A DNA stretch of 64,000 bases from an uncultured Pseudomonadota bacterium (GCA_963836235.1 CAWIIP010000004.1:832001-896000); one strand, 5' to 3'; counted from the stretch's first letter, positions 21,601-28,592 are shown. The notes: generated by a model from the letters alone, not told the origin. Made by a program: numbers and translations.

Positions 21601-22455
21601 ACCATTACCTCGACTGCTACGGAAACCCCGACCACTAGCTCCAGTTCCACCGCGATGTCCTCGCAAACCCCCAGCGCCACCGCCACGACGTCCCTAACGC
21701 CCTCCACCACATTCACCCCCACTTTGACCGTCACCGAAACCTCGACCCCTTCATTAACCACTACACCCTCGGCCACTTCATCAAGCAGTCAAACTTCCAG
21801 TCCTACTTTGTCCTTCACCGTTACCTCCACGGTTTCCTCTTCCGCCACCAGCACCGCCAGCCCGACCGTCACCCTCACGCCCACTGGAACTAAAACTCCA
21901 ACTCCCACCTTGACCGCCACATCCAGTGCGACCTCCACGGCCAGCGCCACTCCCACCATGACTTGGACCAAAACATCCACCCCTAGCCAAACTCCGAGCA
22001 CCACCCTTACTTTCACAGTGACCACGACTTCCACCGCTTCAAGCTCCTTCACCCCCTCCTCAACCCCCTCCACCACCACAACCGCGACCTCCTCGGTCAG
22101 CGCCACCATGACACCCACTCCAATATTCACCGTCACCTTTACCCCCACCGCCTCCGCTTATTCCTCCCCAGTGACACTCCTGCCGCCCTATCCCAATCCC
22201 GATAAGGGAGGCGAACCAGTGACCATTGCCATTGAGGTGCCAGGTCCGGTGGTTGTGACTTGGAAAGTCTTCACCACGGCATTTCGAATGATCGATGGGG
22301 GAACATCTAGTTTTTCCGGAAACGGGACTATCCAATGGGATATGAAAGACAAGTTGGGAATCGAAGCGGCCGGCGGCCTTTACTACATTCGGGTTGAAGT
22401 CCAAACCAGCGGCGGGACTACACGGAAAATCTTTAAAATACTGGTAATTCGATAA
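18634..22455 (+). CDS. Secreted glycoside hydrolase family 116 (beta-glucosidase/glucosylceramidase-like), Thr/Ser stalk and C-terminal sorting-type domain
   Basis: GAPVGGFGAG, LFNELYY, LESYVYTFYGTSDVRFY, HDFG, WKDLN, DQTYD, DQLCGQWY, RTPEAW, YMR; end PYPNP...FTTAFR...GLYYIR...KILVIR; exact start uncertain. Confidence 0.88.
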   Translation: MNQLTTVPPIGIFELTLNRYKKIFPRHFIKQVYLFFILFMFSVVPSVFASTYIPSQAWSRDIDAGGYTDGAPVGGFGAGSYTWNFAGDFYLSRLNIATAPTTWTNNNPYTVDGNCGFYMYQKPLGQAAVTYRLDAAALGTGQANYYSLFPKAWVDYYGSDFACKARVTQFTPLIPGDYTRSSYPEGIYEWDLSNPTCTTTDVAIMLTWDNSFGGTTAAVTTSGSDTGLVLTRTSGSATSKSQGEFTLACSSGSGVTVTYQSATGVAALQTSFGAAGTLNNTVGNNTIGGIAFKVTLAPGKSVKIPIVLAWDIPLAQPGTGAQWYREYTRTYGKTGLNSFSIANEALSNYATWESSIDSWQVGILGGPYPDWFKQMLFNELYYYVIGGTLWEAGQYGSTQFDAGPDMFSSLESYVYTFYGTSDVRFYSSWALAENWPNIDKQEVEQFCDSVTINSSQTLPRPVAIGTCAHDFGSLNDVFTAWNDYTYRDSTTWKDLNSKLVLMVYRDWQLTGQSDSTFLNYCWPAIQVAMAKVHSQCVSGGVTYNLPISNGIDQTYDNLGLTGETSYCGSLYLAACEAAQAIATTEGNGVLATTYQSWLTLGQSDFEGNLWNTTGNYYNIDTGSGAGGVTGVARIMSDQLCGQWYAKACGLADVVPATHAVSAWQAVHDNNWAKFDAGAHGEVNVMTSAGNIDTSTSQTQEAWVGTTWGAVAGMIQEGMFTQAVSIGNSLYNSVWNLGQMWYRTPEAWTTGLTNIRAPYYMRANAIWGAKHAYDVTSPCGSASCTPIPTFTPVPTATLNCPTTATPTPTATGTATLTPSKTASPSPSSTITFSPTSSVTKTLTSTPTSSLTGTPTWTSTLTSTKTASASPTQTISQTASSSATSSATYTATNSRTSTPISSSTASWTSTPTFSSTATPTSTTTQTLTRTPTATMTSTTSYTVSPTFSMTASLTPSETVTSTATSSRTSTPSLTPTPSTTATPTGTVTSTLTITSTATETPTTSSSSTAMSSQTPSATATTSLTPSTTFTPTLTVTETSTPSLTTTPSATSSSSQTSSPTLSFTVTSTVSSSATSTASPTVTLTPTGTKTPTPTLTATSSATSTASATPTMTWTKTSTPSQTPSTTLTFTVTTTSTASSSFTPSSTPSTTTTATSSVSATMTPTPIFTVTFTPTASAYSSPVTLLPPYPNPDKGGEPVTIAIEVPGPVVVTWKVFTTAFRMIDGGTSSFSGNGTIQWDMKDKLGIEAAGGLYYIRVEVQTSGGTTRKIFKILVIR

Positions 22456-22526
22456 ATTGAAAAGAACATGGCAATCAACGCCAAGACTTAAGGAAATGGG
22501 ATTGGCTAGGTTCCTGGGTTACTGCG

Positions 22527-22556
22527 TTGTCCACGACGGGGACCCTTCGTGGACAG
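22527..22556 (+). repeat. 30-bp quasi-palindromic site, copy 1
   Basis: TTGTCCACGAC GGGGACCC TTCGTGGACAG. Confidence 0.95.
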
Positions 22557-22595
22557 GTAAAAGACCCATGAATACCTATTTCGGGAGTGAATTTA

Positions 22596-23024
22596 ATGGG
22601 AAATGATATTAAGGTTTGCTCAACCGACAATACCCAATGCGTAATTATAAAATTGTTGGAAATCGCAAAAGAGAATTATCCAAGTTTGAAAATATCAGTT
22701 GAGATTAAATTGACGGAGTTCAGCGGAAGTTCAACGGCTTGGATTAGCCAAGATGTTCTTAAAAGTTTCGCTAACTCATTAGATGAACTTAGTCGAAAAA
22801 GAACCGGGCAAGTATATTTAGAATCGATGAGTCCCAAGCATCTGCAACTTGCCATTTCTCCGTTAGATTCTGTCGGACATTTTCTCCTAGAAATTACGGT
22901 ATCAAAACATGTTCCTATCGACCGAAAAATGGTGGATCACCAGGTGTCAGGCGGCTTCGAACTTGACCCTGGAAATCTCCCTGAACTAGTTCGTGAGTTT
23001 AAAAATTTAGTATCAAAGTGTTAA
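22596..23024 (+). CDS. Hypothetical protein, resembles WapI-type immunity proteins (cassette 1)
   Basis: GGGAG RBS before ATG 22596; pattern FSGSSTAW...LKSFANSLDEL...GQVYLES...LDSVGH; family call from memory of the pattern only. Confidence 0.55.
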   Translation: MGNDIKVCSTDNTQCVIIKLLEIAKENYPSLKISVEIKLTEFSGSSTAWISQDVLKSFANSLDELSRKRTGQVYLESMSPKHLQLAISPLDSVGHFLLEITVSKHVPIDRKMVDHQVSGGFELDPGNLPELVREFKNLVSKC

Positions 23025-23029
23025 ATTCA

Positions 23030-23059
23030 TTGTCCACGATGGGGACCCGCCTTGGACAA
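23030..23059 (+). repeat. 30-bp quasi-palindromic site, copy 2
   Basis: TTGTCCACGAT GGGGACCC GCCTTGGACAA, 5 nt after stop 23024. Confidence 0.95.
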
Positions 23060-23145
23060 TAAAATGGATAATGTTGGCCTACCCCGCTTTTCTTTTATAA
23101 GCCGGGTAGATAAAAAAAGTTAATAGAATTCAATCGAGGCTGAAA

Positions 23146-24465
23146 ATGGAATCTCCCCAGACAAACACGCGTCCGAAAGCACTCCTGTTTTCGGTCAGAA
23201 CGCCCAGGGTAACTGATACCGAAGCGATGGAATCGATGATCGAACTCGAACGGCTGGTGACGACCTTGGGTTACGAGGTGACCGGAACTATGTCCCAGCG
23301 GCAACCCAGCACAAAAGGGGTCACTGTGGTGGGTGAGGGAAAACTGATGGAACTCGCCCAACTCACCGGCGGAAAGGGCTACCGGGATAGAGTTAAGGGG
23401 CAGTCCGAAGCGCCAAAACAGGAACAAGTCCCGGCCTCGACTCCCGAGGGACCCGCGATGGTGGTCGTTTTTGACTGTGATTTGAGCCCGTCCCAGATTC
23501 GAAATGTCGAAGAGGCTTTGGGGGTTCCGGTGCTCGATCGAACCGGGGTGATTATCGAAATCTTCAACCGGCACGCGAAGACCCGGGCGGCGCGACTCCA
23601 GGTCGATATCGCGCGCCAAACCTATCAGGCTCCCCGTCTCAGGGATACGGGGGTTGGAAAGGAACGCCAGTCTGGCCGGGGATCCGGGGAAACCATCATC
23701 GAGACGGAAAAGCGCAAAGTCCGCGACCGCCTGGCTGAGCTGAGGCACGAGTTAGAAGCGGTTCAAAGAGAAGAGGAACATCGCCGGATGAAACGCGCGG
23801 AACTGCTCGGCGCCGCGCTCGTGGGCTACACGAATGCCGGAAAATCATCCCTCATGCGGGCGCTGACCGGCAGCGACGTCCTGGTGGAGGACAAGCTCTT
23901 CGCGACCCTGGATACGACGATACGCGCCCTACAACCAGAGACCCAGCCGAGAATTCTGATCACCGATACGGTGGGTTTTATCCACAAGCTTCCACACGAT
24001 CTGGTAGCGTCCTTCCGTTCCACGCTGGATGAGGCCCGCGGCGCCGCCCTGCTTCTTTACGTGGTGGATGCCGCTGATCGAAACTTTCGTTCCCAGCTCG
24101 AGGTGGTTCGGGAAGTCTTGGGTGAGATTGGCGCCGACAAAACGCCATATCTTCTCATTCTCAATAAGGCCGACTGCTTGAGCGAATGGCAGAAGCAGGT
24201 TCTCGGGTCGGAGTATCCGGACGCGGTTTTAACCTCGACCCGAAGTCCCGAGGACATGCGAATCGTCAGTGAACGCCTCATTCATTTTTTCGAGAAAGAC
24301 ATGATTGAGAAGGAAATTCTCGTTCCCTATAAAGCTCAAGGTGTCATCCGAGAAATGCGTTTGAATATGAAAATCTTGAGGGAGAGCTTTACCGAAGAAG
24401 GCGTTCTACTGCTGGTTCGCTCTCGTCCGATTGACCTTCAGCGCCTGAGTAAAGTGATGAAGTAG
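23146..24465 (+). CDS. hflX: Ribosome-splitting GTPase HflX (cassette 2)
   Basis: GEGKLMEL, DLSPSQIRN, DRTGVIIEIF, G1 GYTNAGKS, LFATLD, DTVG, NKAD. Confidence 0.93.
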   Translation: MESPQTNTRPKALLFSVRTPRVTDTEAMESMIELERLVTTLGYEVTGTMSQRQPSTKGVTVVGEGKLMELAQLTGGKGYRDRVKGQSEAPKQEQVPASTPEGPAMVVVFDCDLSPSQIRNVEEALGVPVLDRTGVIIEIFNRHAKTRAARLQVDIARQTYQAPRLRDTGVGKERQSGRGSGETIIETEKRKVRDRLAELRHELEAVQREEEHRRMKRAELLGAALVGYTNAGKSSLMRALTGSDVLVEDKLFATLDTTIRALQPETQPRILITDTVGFIHKLPHDLVASFRSTLDEARGAALLLYVVDAADRNFRSQLEVVREVLGEIGADKTPYLLILNKADCLSEWQKQVLGSEYPDAVLTSTRSPEDMRIVSERLIHFFEKDMIEKEILVPYKAQGVIREMRLNMKILRESFTEEGVLLLVRSRPIDLQRLSKVMK

Positions 24466-24659
24466 TGCCTGCGGTGTGTGCCGCCCTTCGATTTTAGATA
24501 TAGAGGGCGGTACTACACCTGCATCGAGGCTTCAAGCCGAGATGCAAGCTTTGGTTGTACCTGTCGAAATAATAATGCGGTAGGTACCCCGTACGATTCA
24601 CATGTGAATCGTGAACCAGGGGTGTCCCAGACGGGCTCGCAAGCTTGGTTGATAAGAAA

Positions 24660-24689
24660 TCGTCCACGACGGGGACCCGTCGTGGACAA
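24660..24689 (+). repeat. 30-bp quasi-palindromic site, copy 3
   Basis: TCGTCCACGAC GGGGACCC GTCGTGGACAA. Confidence 0.95.
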
Positions 24690-24744
24690 ACAAAATAACT
24701 TGAATTATGTCTGCAATTGAAATATTTCGGGAGTGGATTTTAGG

Positions 24745-24754
24745 TTGTCCACGA
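24745..24754 (+). repeat. Isolated left half-site of the 30-bp element
   Basis: TTGTCCACGA, exact match to the left arm, 55 nt after copy 3. Confidence 0.65.
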
Positions 24755-24765
24755 AAGAGGCCTTT

Positions 24766-25656
24766 ATGAAAACCATAGTCCTTTTCCTGATGGAGGCCGT
24801 ACTTCTTTTACCCACCTTTTTATGTGCCCAAACTCAAACTCCATCGCTGAGTGAAGATTGGACGCCAAAAGTCGAATTGGTATGGCCCACTCCCCGACCA
24901 AGCCTCGGGGATCACGATGACCATGTTTATCCCGCCGAGATCAATAAGATTAAACGCGTAAAACTCCCTTTTGATCTATTCACGTTTTTTGAAAATTTGG
25001 ATCTTGCCTTAGAACGTGATAGTGACGAGTCTGACATTGATGAAAAAGACGTTAAGAAATGGAAGGAGGATTACCAGAAGCTTCAAGAACTGGGTTGGTC
25101 GAAGGGAGAAGGCCTTGACATGATCCGGGAAAAATGGGTTCGCAAAAGGGGTTCCTTCGGCTTTGTATGGTTTGGAAGAAGCATTTACTTTATCGATCTT
25201 ATGAAACCGACAGAAGCCATTGTGCTGTTGTCGGGAACCTACGGAAGGGACGCAAGGCCGGCCAAGGAAAGGGGCAAATTCGCGAATGAGGTGGATGGAA
25301 TTGAAATTGAAAAAATAGGTGATGATACCTATCGGATTTTTGCGCAGGGGCTCGGCGGGGACATGAAGTTCGGTTTTTCTCCCAGCACTGAAGTTTGGGA
25401 TTACAAATTAAACAGCGATTTTATTACTTATTATGATTTTAGCCACTCCTTCGGGAAAGACCTGGAAAAGAACGGCCACCGGGATATCGTGGTCTATGGC
25501 GAAGGATATCGTCAGCTCGGACCCGGAAATGTGCATTATGAGCTGCAGGGTCTCGGCGTGTTTTCTTGGAACGGGAAAAAATGGATAAATATAAGCGACA
25601 AGGAAAAAGAATTTTTGGCCGAATTGTCAAAGATTTTCCCGGCCTACAGCCTCTGA
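24766..25656 (+). CDS. Secreted hypothetical protein (cassette 3)
   Basis: GAGG RBS, ATG 24766, signal peptide MKTIVLFLMEAVLLLPTFLCA; C-terminal DLEKNGHRDIVV...VFSWNGKKW (FG-GAP-like). Confidence 0.7.
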   Translation: MKTIVLFLMEAVLLLPTFLCAQTQTPSLSEDWTPKVELVWPTPRPSLGDHDDHVYPAEINKIKRVKLPFDLFTFFENLDLALERDSDESDIDEKDVKKWKEDYQKLQELGWSKGEGLDMIREKWVRKRGSFGFVWFGRSIYFIDLMKPTEAIVLLSGTYGRDARPAKERGKFANEVDGIEIEKIGDDTYRIFAQGLGGDMKFGFSPSTEVWDYKLNSDFITYYDFSHSFGKDLEKNGHRDIVVYGEGYRQLGPGNVHYELQGLGVFSWNGKKWINISDKEKEFLAELSKIFPAYSL

Positions 25657-25662
25657 ATGCAC

Positions 25663-25692
25663 TTGTCCACGACGGGGACCCGGATTGGACAG
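25663..25692 (+). repeat. 30-bp quasi-palindromic site, copy 4
   Basis: TTGTCCACGAC GGGGACCC GGATTGGACAG, 6 nt after stop 25656. Confidence 0.95.
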
Positions 25693-25718
25693 GAGTACAA
25701 CGTTATGTGGAGGGCAAG

Positions 25719-27569
25719 ATGGAGAACTGGCGTCCTTGGTTATATCCCGACCTTAGTTTCGGGAGTTATTTTCGGAAATATCCATACGTATTCCTATTTA
25801 GCTTTATCTGCGCTTTTTGCTTTATTTTCAATATCGACACCCCCTGGTTCTTCCTCAATCCCAGCACCCGTCTCTCGAACGTAGGGCACTTCACTCCTTG
25901 GATCTACTGCTGTATGTTCGGGTTGCCTCTCTACTCATTCATTCACCTACTACTCAACAGCCCCAGGTTGAAGAACTTCAAGTTCCACGTAACTATCTAC
26001 ACCTTAGGGTTGGCCGTCCTGTTGGGGATGTTCTTTAGCTTGAGCGAGGGTGATCGGCTTTGGTCCGATTTTTTCCATCCTTTCTTATGGGTTTCCTTGA
26101 CCGCCTTTTTGTGGCCTCTCGTGGGCTGGGGCCTTTCAAAGGACGAAACCCACAGCTATTTTTGGAACTTCCTGGCGGGTCTGCTCAAGGCCTTTTTGGC
26201 CTTTTTCCTTTGTGTCGGAATGTTCCTATGGCTTAACAGGTTCTTCGGCGGTTTTTTGAACGGTAATTATTTAATCCCCGCCTGGGCCCGGAATTTTTTC
26301 AATGCCAATAATATCATCGGTCTGGCTTTGCAGGTCGTGACCCCCTTGGTCTTTCCCTGGTACATCCTTGGGAGCTTGGAAAAAACTTTGGGCACGGCCG
26401 GGGAAACGCAACCTGAGGGGATCCCTTTTGGGCGAAGGACAACCCTCGGGGTCTTAGGCCTGTTGGCGGTCGGGTTCCCCCTTGAATTTTGGAAAGTCAT
26501 CCAACAATTGCGTTCTCACCAATCCATCTATTTCTTCGATGAAAAAATGCTCTTGTTCCTATTCGCCTTGCTTTCCATCGGACTCTTGCAGGCGGGGAAA
26601 GTGAACTGGCCGGAAAAGTGGCTGGGGATCTATCCCAAGGTGGTATCCGGCCTTTCCCTTTTGTTGGTTCTCATTTCCGGATTCACTCTTCCGTTTAATT
26701 TGGGAAGGAATGATATAGCTGGGGTTTATTATTCGCTGATCTACATAGTTTGGTTCGGCTTGGTTTTTATTTATTTTTTCTTCCGTCCCCAGATGGGCTG
26801 GGTAAGGCCGCTCTTAACCCTGTGGGTGTTATTGCTCCTCACCCTGTGGGGCCCCTTGAGCCCGGCTAGTCTAGCCTTGAGGGATAATGAAAAAGGATTG
26901 AAAAATTACATGGTCCAGGCCGGCCTATTGAAAGACGGCCTACTGGTAAAGGCCCCGCCGCCGCAGGATCCGAAACACCCCCTGAACCAGGTCGTTTGGC
27001 GGCTTCAGGACTTATTTCGATGGGATGGATTGGACTGGCTGAAAGGTTCCTTTCCCCTTGAATTGCGGAAACTGGATTGGGACAAGGAAAAGGGCCTCGC
27101 CAACCTGCCCAAACTGATGGATTGGCTGGGCCTGCCCCTGATGAACGGCCAAACCAACGTAAACGAATACCAATCGTACTCCGTTCAATACAACCGGCGG
27201 GATCGGACGAAGCATTTTGGGCCTTACCAGCTTGTGGATTTCAACGCCTATCAAGGAGGCGGAGCGCCCAGTAATGCCCCTGAATTTTATCTCTCCCTGC
27301 CTAAGCCGAGCGAAAGCCTGGAGCTTTACGACAATGGAAAGTTGGCGGGCGTGATCCCATTGAAGAAGGTCTATGCCCATCTGGAAAAGTATGAGCGGGT
27401 CCATACCCAACGGAGCTTGGTTCTCCCCAAGGACATGGAATTAGAGTATGAAAATAAAAAAATACAGGTGGAGATCAATATCACTTATCTTCAGTTAAGG
27501 GTCCTCGAAGGGAAAGGTGTCATTCAATATTGTTCGGGGGAAATGCTGGTCAGGCGAAAAGGTCGATAG
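25719..27569 (+). CDS. Polytopic membrane protein, DUF4153-like (cassette 4)
   Basis: GGAGG RBS and ATG 25719 downstream of the repeat; many TM segments then LTLWGPLS...GLLKDG and a soluble C-terminal domain. Confidence 0.65.
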   Translation: MENWRPWLYPDLSFGSYFRKYPYVFLFSFICAFCFIFNIDTPWFFLNPSTRLSNVGHFTPWIYCCMFGLPLYSFIHLLLNSPRLKNFKFHVTIYTLGLAVLLGMFFSLSEGDRLWSDFFHPFLWVSLTAFLWPLVGWGLSKDETHSYFWNFLAGLLKAFLAFFLCVGMFLWLNRFFGGFLNGNYLIPAWARNFFNANNIIGLALQVVTPLVFPWYILGSLEKTLGTAGETQPEGIPFGRRTTLGVLGLLAVGFPLEFWKVIQQLRSHQSIYFFDEKMLLFLFALLSIGLLQAGKVNWPEKWLGIYPKVVSGLSLLLVLISGFTLPFNLGRNDIAGVYYSLIYIVWFGLVFIYFFFRPQMGWVRPLLTLWVLLLLTLWGPLSPASLALRDNEKGLKNYMVQAGLLKDGLLVKAPPPQDPKHPLNQVVWRLQDLFRWDGLDWLKGSFPLELRKLDWDKEKGLANLPKLMDWLGLPLMNGQTNVNEYQSYSVQYNRRDRTKHFGPYQLVDFNAYQGGGAPSNAPEFYLSLPKPSESLELYDNGKLAGVIPLKKVYAHLEKYERVHTQRSLVLPKDMELEYENKKIQVEINITYLQLRVLEGKGVIQYCSGEMLVRRKGR

Positions 27570-27610
27570 TCTTGGGCTGGCCGAAAATCCGCTTAGTGAG
27601 GAGTGGTGGC

Positions 27611-27640
27611 CTGTCCACGACGGGGACCCGTCGTGGACAA
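27611..27640 (+). repeat. 30-bp quasi-palindromic site, copy 5
   Basis: CTGTCCACGAC GGGGACCC GTCGTGGACAA. Confidence 0.95.
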
Positions 27641-27668
27641 CGAAACGGTACCTAAAAGACCTAACAAG

Positions 27669-28175
27669 GTGAATGATTTGGAAGCCAAACAGCATGATGA
27701 ATCCAAACAAGTGAAAGTTTTGTTCAGGACACCTGCCGAGAAGGACGAAGCTTTTGTGGAAACCCTCTGGGCTATTCCACAAGGTGGCGACCTCTACAAG
27801 TTAGATAACAACCCCATCTATCCTTATGGTGTTTCTTCCGGAGATATTGTCGAAGCGCCTTTCGATCCAGATGAACAGTTTCGAAAGTTTACAAAAGTCG
27901 TAATAAAATCTGGAAACAAAACGGTAAGAATTATTTTTGATAAAAAAGTTGAGGAATCAAAAGAGGATCAAGCAATTTTGGATAAGTTGGTTCAAATGGG
28001 TTGTGACTATGAGGGTTTGAACCAGATACATTTTTCTATAAATGTTCCCTCTTCAGCTAATTTTAAAGAAGTTTGCGAATTCCTAACGGCTTTAAAAATT
28101 CAATGGGAACATGCCGATCCGAGTTACGACGAACTTTATGGTGGAAAGAATAAAAAGTGGTGGTGGCCGTTTTGA
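27669..28175 (+). CDS. DUF4265 domain protein (cassette 5)
   Basis: ETLWA...YKLDNNPIYPYGVSSGDIV...SGNKTVRI...GCDYEG...SINVP; start placed at GTG 27669 after the repeat. Confidence 0.8.
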   Translation: MNDLEAKQHDESKQVKVLFRTPAEKDEAFVETLWAIPQGGDLYKLDNNPIYPYGVSSGDIVEAPFDPDEQFRKFTKVVIKSGNKTVRIIFDKKVEESKEDQAILDKLVQMGCDYEGLNQIHFSINVPSSANFKEVCEFLTALKIQWEHADPSYDELYGGKNKKWWWPF

Positions 28176-28177
28176 GG

Positions 28178-28207
28178 TTGTCCACAACGGGGACCCGGCG
28201 TGGACAG
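28178..28207 (+). repeat. 30-bp quasi-palindromic site, copy 6
   Basis: TTGTCCACAAC GGGGACCC GGCGTGGACAG, 2 nt after stop 28175. Confidence 0.95.
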
Positions 28208-28235
28208 CGGACAGAGTGAATCAGAAAGGGATTTT

Positions 28236-28319
28236 ATGAAACACAAACTGATGTTATTAGCTTTTTGTTTTATTATGTCACCAATATTTAGCGCTGATTC
28301 AACAAGTGGACAAAATTAA
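28236..28319 (+). pseudogene. Truncated cassette remnant: signal peptide only
   Basis: AAAGGGA RBS, MKHKLMLLAFCFIMSPIFSADSTSGQN*; contains right-arm sequence GTGGACAA at 28306-28313 just before the stop. Confidence 0.5.
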
Positions 28320-28563
28320 CAATAAAATCGGTGTGGTCTGGCTTGAAATTCACTCCTTGTAAAGTTCGTGCAGTGGCCGCGATATCATTTCTTCGTTGCC
28401 ACGCTGAACTTCGACTTTCGTCCCAAATCTCGCTTACCCGCAGACCCTGGCTTTACACTCGGAAAAAATTCGGAGGGTGACCGCTTGACCATTACTAAAA
28501 GGATTTAGTTTAAGGACCAACTTTCGATTTTCCGATGGAAAGTTTTTTTCGATCGATGGTTTT

Positions 28564-28592
28564 TTGACTCCCCGCCGAAACTGGGGTTTAAT
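28564..28592 (+). promoter_or_regulatory. Putative sigma70 promoter of the LacI regulator
   Basis: TTGACT-N17-TTTAAT. Confidence 0.5.

Noticed and set aside
7149-22404. Many Val/Gly-rich minus-strand ORFs and the 540-aa ORF 19321-20943
   Set aside because: Antisense shadows of Thr/Pro-rich or GC-rich coding strands.
24478-24720. 80-aa ORF after hflX
   Set aside because: Weak start, no motif, reads through site 3; treated as non-coding.
25566-27668. ORF-track starts at 25566 and 27603 running through the repeats
   Set aside because: More plausible starts lie just downstream of the sites (25719, 27669); the extensions merely translate the repeat.
22527-28207. 30-bp palindromic repeats as a CRISPR array
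   Set aside because: Intervals are 0.5-1.9 kb whole genes, not 30-40 bp spacers, and no cas genes are present.
22527-28207. Repeats as canonical integron attC sites
   Set aside because: Too short, constant length, no RYYYAAC...GTTRRRY ends or extrahelical bases, no intI nearby.
22527-28207. Repeats as intrinsic terminators or DnaA boxes
   Set aside because: No U-tracts and stem changes are uncompensated. Only copy 6 has TTGTCCACA, and single sites between genes do not resemble oriC.
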